Below are positions 29,759 through 39,643 of a stretch of DNA of 64,000 bases, in pieces. Origin of the DNA: Methanoregula sp. GTDB taxonomy: Archaea > Halobacteriota > Methanomicrobia > Methanomicrobiales > Methanospirillaceae. How positions within the stretch are numbered: position 1 is the stretch's first letter; each line of letters opens with the position of its first letter. The notes under the pieces are model-generated. The model ran no database searches and had not been told where the DNA came from. It was given only the letters and a program-made list of their open reading frames with translations. The stretch covers positions 149,195 to 213,194 of the forward strand of contig NZ_JBEKZF010000003.1 in the NCBI RefSeq assembly GCF_049510175.1, read 5' to 3'. A program made the translations under genes and the position numbers.

Positions 29759-31789
29759 ATGACCGACGTTGAGTTGGCCAAAAAACATGGCGAAGACCTG
29801 CTGAAAACGAGAATTTCTGCCATCCGGCAGTCGTTTTCCTATGAAGATACAGCCTATCACCTTCCGATATCCTACGCACTGACCGGTATTGCGGTCCATG
29901 ACCAGAAAGCGGCTTTGGAAGTGTTCGGGAAGATGGGGAACAACCCAATTGTTGCATCCGAGTGCCTCCTTGCAGAGCAGACCGCAGTCTCCGGCAAAGA
30001 GCCGGTACCCTATACCGGTTTTATCAGCGACACGGTCATCCGCAAACTCGGGTATTCTCTTGTCGACGGAAGTATCCTTGGCCTTGCACTCGTCGTAGGC
30101 ACCCCCCCGAGCGAGGGGAGTGCTGCAGGCATCTGCCGTGAACTGCAGGAAAAATATATGCTCACGTTTCTTGCCGGAAAGGTTGTCCCTTCCTTATCCG
30201 GGGCGGGTGTCCGGCTGGGCCTTGAATACCGTCTTATCCCCCTCGGCTCTGCACCGTTCCACGGCATCCATTTCGTTGACATCATCGCCCGCGTCGCCAT
30301 GATGTTTGGAGGTGTCACTCCCGGTGACGCCCATCGCCTGCTCACGTATGCAGCCGAACGTGCCAAGGCCATCGTGATCGTCTTTCCCGGTTTGTCCGAT
30401 GAAGAGATCGCCCTTGTGGATGGCATGAGAGTGCTCGGCTTCCCCATCCTTTCACTTGGGGGATACGAGGGGGGGACGTGGATCCATGCCACTCCCGAAG
30501 ACGTGGTCCGGCAGGGGCTGGATCAAAAGGGCATCCGGGTCAATGTCACCGCCATCCCGATTCCCATGGGGTGTTCTCCTGCATTCGAGGGAAAGAGCAT
30601 AAGGAAGGAAGAGATGTACGTGGAGTTCGGCGGCGGCAGATCGCCGGCCTTCGAGCTGCTCAAGATGCGCCAGCCCTCAGAAATTGAGGACGGGAAGGTT
30701 ACGGTCATCGGCCCCGAGATCGAATCGATGAAAGAGGGATCGGCCAACCCGCTGGGCATCATCATCGAAGTTGCCGGGAAGACGATGAAGAAGGATTACG
30801 AGCCGGTACTCGAGCGGCGGATCCACAACTTCGTCAATTACGGCGAAGGTTCCTGGCATGTTGCGCAACGGGACCTCATCTGGGTGAGGATCTCGAAGGA
30901 AGCAGTTGCAAAAGGAGTCAGGATCGAGCACATCGGAAAGCTCCTGGCAAGCAAGTTCCGCATGGACTTTCCCCGGCTGCTCGACGCGGTCGCAGTCACC
31001 CTGATTACGGACAGCACAAAAGTCCTCGAGGCAAAAGCCGAAGCGGAGCGGGTCTACGATGAGCGGGATGCCCGCATCAAGGGGATGCGTGACAGCGACG
31101 TGAGTACCTATTACTCGTGCACGCTTTGCCAGACCTTTGCCCCCAACCATGTCTGCATCATCACCCCGGAGCGCCTCGCCCTCTGCGGAGCGATCAGCTG
31201 GCTTGACGGGAAGATTGCCTGCGAGATATCCCCCTCCGGCGCCAACCAGCCGGTGGAGAAAGGGGCGGTGATCAATGCCCAGAACGGTGAATTTGAGGGG
31301 GTCAACCGGTTCGTGAAAAAAGCCAGCCACGGCGAGATCGAACGTTGCTCCCTCTATAGTGTCATGGAATTCCCGATGACCTGCTGCGGCTGTTTCGAGG
31401 CGATCGCCCTGATGCTGCCGGAAGTGAACGGGATCATGGTAGTCAACCGTGAGTATAAGGGCATGACCCCCTCCGGTATGACATTCTCCACGCTCGCCGG
31501 CACCATTGGCGGCGGGGCGCAGACACCCGGGTTTGCCGGGATCTCCAAGAATTACATCCTTTCAGACCGGTTCCTCCAGGGCGATGGCGGGATCGAGCGG
31601 CTGGTCTGGATGCCGGCAGCGCTCAGGGAGGAATTAAAAGAGCGGCTGGAGAAGAAGCTGGAGGAACGGAAGCTGGCCGGCTTCTTTGCAAAGATTGCGG
31701 ATGAGACAACCGCAGCAACGATCGAAGACCTCATGGTATTCCTTGAACGTGTCGGTCATCCAGCCCTGGGCATGAAACCGCTGGTGTGA
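29759..31789 (+). CDS. acsB: Acetyl-CoA synthase, bacterial AcsB-type with N-terminal domain
   Basis: EDTAYHLP, GFISD..R and MMFGGVTPG N-domain; PAFEG.SIRK; A-cluster SCTLCQTFAPNHVC...LCG and PMTCCGCFE; ends HPALGMKPL. Confidence 0.9.
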   Translation: MTDVELAKKHGEDLLKTRISAIRQSFSYEDTAYHLPISYALTGIAVHDQKAALEVFGKMGNNPIVASECLLAEQTAVSGKEPVPYTGFISDTVIRKLGYSLVDGSILGLALVVGTPPSEGSAAGICRELQEKYMLTFLAGKVVPSLSGAGVRLGLEYRLIPLGSAPFHGIHFVDIIARVAMMFGGVTPGDAHRLLTYAAERAKAIVIVFPGLSDEEIALVDGMRVLGFPILSLGGYEGGTWIHATPEDVVRQGLDQKGIRVNVTAIPIPMGCSPAFEGKSIRKEEMYVEFGGGRSPAFELLKMRQPSEIEDGKVTVIGPEIESMKEGSANPLGIIIEVAGKTMKKDYEPVLERRIHNFVNYGEGSWHVAQRDLIWVRISKEAVAKGVRIEHIGKLLASKFRMDFPRLLDAVAVTLITDSTKVLEAKAEAERVYDERDARIKGMRDSDVSTYYSCTLCQTFAPNHVCIITPERLALCGAISWLDGKIACEISPSGANQPVEKGAVINAQNGEFEGVNRFVKKASHGEIERCSLYSVMEFPMTCCGCFEAIALMLPEVNGIMVVNREYKGMTPSGMTFSTLAGTIGGGAQTPGFAGISKNYILSDRFLQGDGGIERLVWMPAALREELKERLEKKLEERKLAGFFAKIADETTAATIEDLMVFLERVGHPALGMKPLV

Positions 31790-31796
31790 GAAAACC

Positions 31797-32753
31797 ATGG
31801 CATTCGACCTCAATTTCGGCTGGACCACAACCATCGGGGAAGTAGTGCTCGGCGCAACGAAAGCAGACGGGGGCACACGGAGGCTCTCGTACCGCATCGG
31901 TGGCGGGACAACACTTCCGTTCCTCGAGAGCCGTATGGACTCCCCCTCCCCCCTCATCGCCCTTGAGATCTGCAATGATCCTGCATTCTGGTCGCCGATC
32001 GTTAAGAACTACTGCGGGGATTTGGTCAACAATGTCAGCGAGTGGGCAAAAGCTGCCGATGCTTCCTATGGTGCCGATCTCATCCGGCTCTACCTCACCA
32101 GCACGCGCCAGCGAAATTTTACGGACATTCCTTCGGTCGGAAAATGTGTTCAAGACGTGCTTTTGGCATCCAGCCTCCCGCTGATCATCGATGGGAGCAA
32201 TGAGCCGAAGATCGACAGCGAGGTATTCCAGACATGCGGGGAAGTGGCACAGGGAGAGCGGCTCCTCCTCGGCACTGCAGAGGCGGGGAGGTACCGCAGC
32301 ATCGCGGCTGCCGCACTTGCCTACAACCACTCCATCATCGCACAGTCACCTATCGACATCAACCTTGCAAAACAGCTCAATATCCTCTTGAAAGAGATTG
32401 GTGTCCCGCGGGACCACATCGTGATCGACCCGTACACCGGGGCCCTCGGCTACGGCTTCGAATATTCCTATTCGGCCATGGAGCGGATCCGGTTCTCCGC
32501 CCTCAAAGGCGATGCCGATCTCGCCATGCCGATGTGCTGCTCCGCGATCGATACGCTTACAATCAAGGAAGTGCGGGAAGCGGAACCTAAAGTGCAGGAC
32601 GAGATGGCGATCCAGTGGGAGTTCTACACCAATATCGCAGCAGCAGCGGCCGGCGCAGAGATCATCTGCATCCGCCACCCTGGCACCATCCCCCTTCTCA
32701 GGAAGGCATTCGCCGACATGAAAAAACAAAAAGCACCCGCGGAGTTGCGATAA
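31797..32753 (+). CDS. acsD: Corrinoid Fe-S protein small subunit (AcsD/CdhD)
   Basis: GEVVLGAT..GGTR..IGG...LPF, IDINLAKQLN, DPYTGALGYGFEYSYSAMERIR. Confidence 0.9.
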   Translation: MAFDLNFGWTTTIGEVVLGATKADGGTRRLSYRIGGGTTLPFLESRMDSPSPLIALEICNDPAFWSPIVKNYCGDLVNNVSEWAKAADASYGADLIRLYLTSTRQRNFTDIPSVGKCVQDVLLASSLPLIIDGSNEPKIDSEVFQTCGEVAQGERLLLGTAEAGRYRSIAAAALAYNHSIIAQSPIDINLAKQLNILLKEIGVPRDHIVIDPYTGALGYGFEYSYSAMERIRFSALKGDADLAMPMCCSAIDTLTIKEVREAEPKVQDEMAIQWEFYTNIAAAAAGAEIICIRHPGTIPLLRKAFADMKKQKAPAELR

Positions 32754-32754
32754 G

Positions 32755-34092
32755 ATGGCACTCAAGGCACTGGACATCTACAAGCTCCTCCCCAAGAAGA
32801 ACTGCAAGGAGTGCGGCGACCCGACCTGCCTCACGTTCGCCATGAAACTTGCCGGGGGGAAAGCGGATGTCGAGCTCTGCCCGTACCTGAGCGACGAGGC
32901 AAAAGCCATTCTCGGGGCGAGCACGCGGCCCCCCATACGGCTCGTAAGGGTCGGGGTTGGCGAGCGGTTCTTCAAGGTCGGGGAAGAGACGGTCCTGTAC
33001 CGGCACGAGAAAACGTTTTACCACCCGCCGGGCATCGTCTTCCGCGTCAGGGATACGCAGACAGCTTCGGAGATTGCGTCAGTCACCCTCCGGGTGCGGG
33101 ACGAGACCTTCACCCGGGTAGGAGCCGATCTCCGGTTCAGTGGCATTGCCATCGAGAATACCAGCGGGTCGGCGGAAACCTTTGCCAGTGCGGTTGCGGC
33201 AGTCGAGCAGGAACAGGCGCACCTGCCCCCGGTGCTCATTGCAAAGGATCCTGCAGCGCTCAAGGCAGCCCTTGTCCACTGCGGCTCCTACCGGCCGCTC
33301 CTCCATGCAGCGACCGGGGAAAACCATAAGGAAATGTGTGCGCTTGCCCGGCAGTACGGCTGCCCGCTGGTTGTCAGGGCTGCAACGCTCGACGGGCTTG
33401 TCCAGCTGGTGAAGGACTGCACAGCCGAGGGGATACAGGATCTTGTGCTTGACCCGGCACCGGACACACTAGGTGCGTTCATCACCCGTTCCACCCAGAT
33501 ACGGCAGCTCGCGATCACGCGTTCAGTCCCTGAGATCGGGTATCCTGTTTATCTTGATGCCACCGCCACCGGGCAGCAGGACGCAGCGATCGCGCTGGGC
33601 ATCGTGAAATATGCATCGGTCATTGTCACTGATCCGTTGTCAGTCGGGTCGACAAAGGCCGCCCTCACGCTCCGCCAGAACCTCTATACGGATCCCCAGA
33701 AGCCCATCCAGATGAACCCCGGCCTGTACCGAGTCGGGACGCCGGACAAGGACGCACCGGTACTGATGACGGTGAACTTCTCGCTCACTTTCTTCACGCT
33801 CCAGGGCTATCTCGAATCCAGCCGTGTCCCCTGCTTCATGCTGATCGTTGATACCGAAGGGCTGTCGGTCCTGACCGCCGTTGCCGCAGGTAAGCTGAGC
33901 GAGACCTTAGTTCGGGACGCGATAAAAAAATTCGGTGTTGAGGATGAAGTCTTGCACCGGAAACTGATCATCCCCGGGTATGCCTCACCGCTCTCCGGGC
34001 GGATCGAGGAGGCGACCGGCTGGAAAGTCCTCGTCGGTCCCCGTGACGCGGCCGAGATCGGGGAATTCCTGCACGAGGAGTGGAAGAGATAA
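32755..34092 (+). CDS. acsC: Corrinoid Fe-S protein large subunit (AcsC/CdhE)
   Basis: LPKKNCKECGDPTCLTFA...CPY, GEETVLYRHEKTF, YTDPQKP, TVNFSLT, GLSVLTA, GPRDA. Confidence 0.93.
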   Translation: MALKALDIYKLLPKKNCKECGDPTCLTFAMKLAGGKADVELCPYLSDEAKAILGASTRPPIRLVRVGVGERFFKVGEETVLYRHEKTFYHPPGIVFRVRDTQTASEIASVTLRVRDETFTRVGADLRFSGIAIENTSGSAETFASAVAAVEQEQAHLPPVLIAKDPAALKAALVHCGSYRPLLHAATGENHKEMCALARQYGCPLVVRAATLDGLVQLVKDCTAEGIQDLVLDPAPDTLGAFITRSTQIRQLAITRSVPEIGYPVYLDATATGQQDAAIALGIVKYASVIVTDPLSVGSTKAALTLRQNLYTDPQKPIQMNPGLYRVGTPDKDAPVLMTVNFSLTFFTLQGYLESSRVPCFMLIVDTEGLSVLTAVAAGKLSETLVRDAIKKFGVEDEVLHRKLIIPGYASPLSGRIEEATGWKVLVGPRDAAEIGEFLHEEWKR

Positions 34093-35994
34093 ATGCGGAC
34101 CGTTACCTTCCTTCCCAGTTACCGCAAGATCGATGTGGAGCGGGGGACAACCCTCCTCGATGCCGCCCAGCGGGCCGGTCTGAACGTGAACGTGGTCTGC
34201 GGCGGCCAGGGGAAATGCGGCAAATGCGTGGTCTACATCCAGTCGGGAAGGGTAGACTTTGACAAACAGAAGTACGGCCGGTTCTTCACGGATGCCGAAC
34301 TGCAGAAGGGGGCGTGCCTTGCCTGTGAGTCCACGGTGCAGGGCGACCTCCATATCCTAGTCCCCGAGAGCACTCTCATCCAGGAACAGAAGATCCTCGT
34401 GGAGGGACTGGATCAGGCGATCGATTTTCGCCCTTCTGTCCGGAAATACTATGTCGAACTCCAGCCGCCCAGCCTCGCTGATCCCTCTCCCGATCTCTCC
34501 CGTCTGCTGTGGGGAATCCAGAAAAGCGGCGGGCCGGTGGCAGAGAAGATGTACGCCCCGCTTGAAGTGCTCCGCGAGATCCCGGCGATCCTGCGCCACA
34601 GCGAATGGAAGGTAACCGGGACCATCGGCCTCGTGCCCGGAGGATATCGTCTTCTCGATCTCCAGGAGAACGACACATCAAAGCGCGTGTTCGGTGCCGC
34701 GGTCGATCTCGGGTCGACAACGATTGTGGTCTACCTCTGGGACCTCGTCACCGGCAAGGTCGTCAGCGTTGCCTCAAATTACAACAAGCAGATCAGCTGC
34801 GGGGAGGACATCCTTGCCCGGGTAAACTTTGCCCGCAAGAACGGCCTTACCAAGCTCCAGTCCCTTGCTGCAGAAAGTATCAACCAGGCGATCACCTCCG
34901 CATCCAACACGGCGGGGATTGACCGTGAGGACATCTACGAAGTCGTGGTGGCAGGTAATACGGTGATGACGCACATGCTCCTTGGCATCGACCCCGCATA
35001 CATGATCGCCGAACCCTACGTTCCGGTCGTCCGGCGGGCGCTGTCCGTTGCAGCCGGACGCATCGGCATCACCTGCAACCCGAACGGTGGCCTGTTCATT
35101 TTCCCGGCCGTCAGCGACTTCATAGGAGGTGACATTATTGCCGACATCCTTGCCTGCGGCATGAGCGAGAAGGAGGAGATCTCGCTCCTTGTCGATATCG
35201 GCACGAACTTCGAAGTCGTGCTCGGCAACAAAGAATGGATGTTCTCCTGCGCCGGTGCTGCCGGTCCTGCACTGGAGGGCGGGGAGGTCCTCTTCGGCAT
35301 GCGGGCAAACCCCGGTGCCATCGAGGAGATCACGATCGACCCGGTTACCCTGAACCCGAAGTACTCAACCATCAACGGGATCCGGCCCCGGGGAATCTGC
35401 GGATCAGGCCTGATCGACCTGCTCGCCGAACTTCTCTGCTCCTGCGTAATCGACCGGACCGGGCGGATCAATACGGAGATCAACAATCCCCGGATCCGTA
35501 AAAACGCACACTTCCCGGAGTATGTCATTGCGTGGGCAAAAGAGACTGATATCGGCAAGGACATTGTCATCACGGAAAACGACATCAAGAACCTGATCAT
35601 GAGCAAGGCCTCGGTCCATGCGGCCTGCATCACCCTCATGAAGGAGGCGGGAGTGACCCGCCACGAGATCACGACGATCTATTTCGCGGGGGCGTTCGGC
35701 AATTACCTTGACAAGAAAAATGCAACCATCATTGGCCTCATCCCGGAGATTGAGATCGAGCAGATCAAGAACATCGGGAACGGCGCTGTGGCCGGCGCAA
35801 ATATCGCACTCATCAACCGCAGGGCGCGCAAGAAACTCGATGACATCGCATACAAGATTGCTTATATTGAACTGAATGCCGAGAGTTCCTTCATGGACGA
35901 ATATACCGGCAGCACATTTCTGCCGCACACGGACCTCTCGCTCTTCCCGATGGTCCAGAAGCTGCTGGAATCGTGTCGGATCCGAAGGGAGTGA
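34093..35994 (+). CDS. acsV: Reductive activator of corrinoid protein (RACo/AcsV; 2Fe-2S plus ASKHA)
   Basis: CGGQGKCGKC...LAC, AVDLGSTT, DIGTN, GICGSG, AGAFG. Confidence 0.88.
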   Translation: MRTVTFLPSYRKIDVERGTTLLDAAQRAGLNVNVVCGGQGKCGKCVVYIQSGRVDFDKQKYGRFFTDAELQKGACLACESTVQGDLHILVPESTLIQEQKILVEGLDQAIDFRPSVRKYYVELQPPSLADPSPDLSRLLWGIQKSGGPVAEKMYAPLEVLREIPAILRHSEWKVTGTIGLVPGGYRLLDLQENDTSKRVFGAAVDLGSTTIVVYLWDLVTGKVVSVASNYNKQISCGEDILARVNFARKNGLTKLQSLAAESINQAITSASNTAGIDREDIYEVVVAGNTVMTHMLLGIDPAYMIAEPYVPVVRRALSVAAGRIGITCNPNGGLFIFPAVSDFIGGDIIADILACGMSEKEEISLLVDIGTNFEVVLGNKEWMFSCAGAAGPALEGGEVLFGMRANPGAIEEITIDPVTLNPKYSTINGIRPRGICGSGLIDLLAELLCSCVIDRTGRINTEINNPRIRKNAHFPEYVIAWAKETDIGKDIVITENDIKNLIMSKASVHAACITLMKEAGVTRHEITTIYFAGAFGNYLDKKNATIIGLIPEIEIEQIKNIGNGAVAGANIALINRRARKKLDDIAYKIAYIELNAESSFMDEYTGSTFLPHTDLSLFPMVQKLLESCRIRRE

Positions 35995-35999
35995 ACCTC

Positions 36000-37046
36000 A
36001 TGGCAACGATGATCCCGTCACCCCACTCGCTCGCAACCGGCGTCGGCGCACTGCCCCACACGGACCCGAAACAGGCCTGCGACGACGTCCTCTCCATCTT
36101 CCCGGACTTTCCCTACATCCCGACCCTCCCGGACCGTAGCCAGCTCGAAGGCATCGTCTTCAACGATTCCGAACAGCTCCCGGGCCGCCTGATCCGGGAG
36201 GACCGGCTCCTCTTTGACAGCACGCGTGACCAGACTGCCGCGATGGAAAAAGTCTACATGGATTTCGTGGAGGGGAATTTTGCCGACTATGGCCTCCACC
36301 GGGAATATGCATCGGCATTCGTCGAGATGATGTCCCGGAAGATCGCCAAAAGAAGCGTCCTGAAGTGCCAGGTGACCGGCCCGGTGACGTTCGGGATGCA
36401 GGTGGTGGATGCAAACAAGCGGCCCATCTATTACGATGCCCAGCTCGCGGATGTCCTCTCGAAGATGATTGCCCTCAAGGCCTGCTGGTGCGAACAGGCA
36501 ATGCGGGAGCGTACCGGGGTTACGGAAACGCTGGTCGTACTCAACGAGCCCTACCTTGCCTCGCTCGGATCATCGGTGGTCCCGGTAAACCGCGAAACGG
36601 TCCGGGCAGGATGGGAAGATATCTCGTCGCTTGTCGAAGGCGGTCTGGGCATCCACTGCTGTTCCAACACGGACTGGGAATTTGTGATCGGCCTCTCCCC
36701 ATCGGTCATCTCCCTGGATGCCTATGCGACGGCAAAGGAGTTCCTCCTTTATGCGGATTCCATCGTCCCTTACATGGAGAAAGGTGGGGTTGTCGCGTGG
36801 GGGATCGTGCCCGCCGAATACAGGATCTTTGCCACGGAATCCGTGGACTCGCTCTACAGTAAGTATCTCGCGATACGCTCCCAGCTCTGCTCCCGTATGC
36901 CGGAAAAACTCTTCGATGCACAGTCGCTCGTTACACCCAGCTGCGGTATCCGGTTCGCCGACCGGGACGGGTCGCTAGTAATCATGGAAGCGGCCGCGGA
37001 GATCTCCCGGCGCATCCGATCCGGTGAGGCAGACGCCCACACATAG
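36000..37046 (+). CDS. Core (folate-independent) methionine synthase, MesB-like
   Basis: TG.G.LPHTDP, KCQVTGP.TFG, NEPYL, GIHCCSNTDW, AWGIVP and VTPSCG (Zn ligands His, Cys, Cys); lacks the N-terminal MetE barrel. Confidence 0.75.
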   Translation: MATMIPSPHSLATGVGALPHTDPKQACDDVLSIFPDFPYIPTLPDRSQLEGIVFNDSEQLPGRLIREDRLLFDSTRDQTAAMEKVYMDFVEGNFADYGLHREYASAFVEMMSRKIAKRSVLKCQVTGPVTFGMQVVDANKRPIYYDAQLADVLSKMIALKACWCEQAMRERTGVTETLVVLNEPYLASLGSSVVPVNRETVRAGWEDISSLVEGGLGIHCCSNTDWEFVIGLSPSVISLDAYATAKEFLLYADSIVPYMEKGGVVAWGIVPAEYRIFATESVDSLYSKYLAIRSQLCSRMPEKLFDAQSLVTPSCGIRFADRDGSLVIMEAAAEISRRIRSGEADAHT

Positions 37047-37060
37047 GGGATAAAGAGGCT

Positions 37061-37816
37061 ATGTCAGCGCACCCGTTCACGATTGCAGTCTCCGGCAAGG
37101 GCGGGACCGGTAAGACTACCATCAGTTCCCTTCTCATACGGTCGTTTATCAGGCTCGGGGAGGCACCGGTCCTTGCCGTTGATGCCGACCCGAACGCAAA
37201 CCTCCACGAGGCACTGGGCGTCACCGTGCACGAAACTCTCGGCAGTATGCGGGAAGAGGCCTTCTCCCGCACTATCCCCCCCGGCATGAACCGGCATGAC
37301 TACGTACGGTTCCGGTTCCGTCAGGCGTTAATCGAAGCGGAGGGGTTCGACCTGGTGGCAATGGGCCGGCCGGAGGGGAGCGGGTGTTACTGTTTCGCCA
37401 ACGATCTCCTCTCGGAATGCATGCTTCAGCTGGAACGCGACTACCATTTCATCGTCATCGATACCGAAGCCGGTATGGAGCATATCAGCAGGGGCACGAT
37501 CGGGAAACCCGACATGCTCCTCATTGTCAGCGATCCCGGCGCCCGGGGGCTGCGGACGGTTGCCCGGATCCGTCAGATTGCCACCCAGCTCGGTCTTGAA
37601 AAAGAGAAGATCCACGTGGTATTCAACCAGTACAAAACCGGTACCGCTCCGGTCGATATCGGCGATGAATCGCCGATTGCTATTATCCCTGAAGATCCTG
37701 CCGTAGAGAAAGCGGATCTCGCAGCAACACCGGTATCCCTGATCCCGGAGGGATCTCCTGCCCGGACTGCTGTCCGGGAGCTTGCGGTGAAGATCCGGGC
37801 GATGGCGAGAAAATAA
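37061..37816 (+). CDS. cooC: CooC/AcsF nickel-insertion ATPase
   Basis: GKGGTGKTT, DADPNANL, GRPEGSGCYC, DTEAGMEH. Confidence 0.92.
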   Translation: MSAHPFTIAVSGKGGTGKTTISSLLIRSFIRLGEAPVLAVDADPNANLHEALGVTVHETLGSMREEAFSRTIPPGMNRHDYVRFRFRQALIEAEGFDLVAMGRPEGSGCYCFANDLLSECMLQLERDYHFIVIDTEAGMEHISRGTIGKPDMLLIVSDPGARGLRTVARIRQIATQLGLEKEKIHVVFNQYKTGTAPVDIGDESPIAIIPEDPAVEKADLAATPVSLIPEGSPARTAVRELAVKIRAMARK

Positions 37817-37867
37817 TTGATGAGATCGTTAAACACGATACTGCATAAAACTACTATTCCTGATAAA

Positions 37868-38046
37868 TTACGATAGGTGCCGCTGCCCCCGACGGGATGC
37901 AATCGAAGAATCTTTCGGATTCTTCTCAAGCCAATCGTCGCTGATACGACGATTGTCTCCACGCGGCGGATCGATTACGAATAATCAACAACGCAGATAA
38001 TCAGGCCAGCCGTGCCTCATAGGGGCCCTGAGGCAGGGAGCCATCG
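37868..38046 (+). repeat. Dispersed intergenic multi-hairpin element, copy A
   Basis: Shares TTACGAT, GCCGCYGCCCCCGAYGGG, CGCGGCGGATC and a 38-bp block (32/38 identical) with the copy at 51363-51485. Confidence 0.75.
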
Positions 38047-38110
38047 TAATTATCTTAAAAAAACGTGTTGCAAAAATTTTTCTAAAAACTAATTAGAAAA
38101 AGGAAGAGAA

Positions 38111-38653
38111 TCAGATGAACATCGCCACTGCGATTGTCGTCGTCCAGAGACCATTCTTGTCCCCCTCCGCAGACTGGCAGGTGTTCTTGGTCTTGATGAT
38201 CTTGCCGCTCGCCTTGTAGGTCTGTTCACGTTCTGACCAGGCTGCATTGACATCGAATTCGATACCGAGCGTCGTTGCGAGCATGGTCGCCGCGAGATCC
38301 TCGGCATATTCACCAGTCTTCTTCTCGGTCTCCCCGTACGCGTGGTGTTCCGACAGGTACCCGTACTCTTCCGAATCGCTCGGGAGGGCAAGCCCGATTG
38401 CCGATGAGACGAGTCGGTTCGGCTCGTTGGTGTCATTCCGTGCCATGACACAGAAGGTTATCGCGCCGGGTTCGAGTTTCCGGAGCCCCGCAGAACGGGT
38501 GATCTGTTTGCATTTCGGGGGGAAGATGCTCGAGACATAAACGAGGTTGCATTTCTCGATACCAGCCTTCCGCAATGCAAGCTCAAAAGAGGCAAGACGA
38601 TCTTTATGGACACCAACGCCCTTGGTGAAAAAGATCTCTGTCGGAACGTACAT
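38111..38653 (-). CDS. pdaD: Pyruvoyl-dependent arginine decarboxylase
   Basis: [21 protein letters not shown] (Ser-Ser cleavage site), GYLSEHH. Confidence 0.92.
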   Translation of the reverse strand: MYVPTEIFFTKGVGVHKDRLASFELALRKAGIEKCNLVYVSSIFPPKCKQITRSAGLRKLEPGAITFCVMARNDTNEPNRLVSSAIGLALPSDSEEYGYLSEHHAYGETEKKTGEYAEDLAATMLATTLGIEFDVNAAWSEREQTYKASGKIIKTKNTCQSAEGDKNGLWTTTIAVAMFI

Positions 38654-38792
38654 AACTCTTATTATACCCGACTCGTTTTTAATTTTTTGTCATTATGGGA
38701 CAAAAAACAAGGATTCTCGTCTTTTTCTCAACAGGTTTTTCGATCGCGCCCATTAACATTGTCGGTTTTTACCCGGAAAAGGATAAAAATAT

Positions 38793-39500
38793 TCAGATCT
38801 TGTTGAACTTATCGAGAATTTCCGGAAGCTCGTCCATTCCGTCAATGATAAAATCCGCACCGGAATCCTGATGGCCGGCAGCGAACCGGTCGCCATACCG
38901 GGCATACACGGTCCGGATGCCCAGCCGGGCGCAGGGTTCGATGTCACGCCGGATGCTATCGCCAATGAGGAGTGCATCACCCGCAGGAGCCCGCATCATC
39001 TCAAGAGCTGCAAGGAATGGTTCCGGAGCCGGTTTCTTTACATTCACCATATCGTATGCGACCATGCCGGAGAAGAAGGGCAAAAGACCGATCTTTTCAA
39101 GGCGCAGGGTGGCATCCCGGGAATGTGCGTCAGTGACAATACACATCGGATATCCCCGGTCATGCAGGTATTTCAGGGTCTCTGCAACGCCGGGATAGGG
39201 CGAGATGTGCCGGAGTTTTTCCGTTTCATAGATCCTGCAGGCTTTTTCATACATGCCATCGATCGGGATGCTGCGCTCTTCCATGTACTGCCGGATATTT
39301 TCGTGCGACTCGAATCCGTGCACGGGCTTGAGGAAATACGAGAACAATTCCTCACCATCTTTATACCCGAGAAACCGCACGATCTCCTGGCAGGACGCGA
39401 TCTGTGCACCGACGAGATCGAAGAGGGTGTTGTCCATATCAAATAATAATGCAGAGACAGGTTTTTGACAAATTCTCCCCACCCCCGAATCTTGAGTCAC
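38793..39500 (-). CDS. HAD-family hydrolase
   Basis: LFDMDNTL, VTD, KKPAP, IGDSIRRD. Confidence 0.88.
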   Translation of the reverse strand: MTQDSGVGRICQKPVSALLFDMDNTLFDLVGAQIASCQEIVRFLGYKDGEELFSYFLKPVHGFESHENIRQYMEERSIPIDGMYEKACRIYETEKLRHISPYPGVAETLKYLHDRGYPMCIVTDAHSRDATLRLEKIGLLPFFSGMVAYDMVNVKKPAPEPFLAALEMMRAPAGDALLIGDSIRRDIEPCARLGIRTVYARYGDRFAAGHQDSGADFIIDGMDELPEILDKFNKI

Positions 39501-39643
39501 AGAGTACTATCATTCCCGGTTCGCTAAAATGTGATCGTTTGAGGTAATGAGCAATCGCATACCCTCGACCAACATGACCCTCCTTTCGCCATGGGGATAT
39601 ATTCACCCATCGGGCATGAGGTCCGCCAACAGGAATAGGGTAA

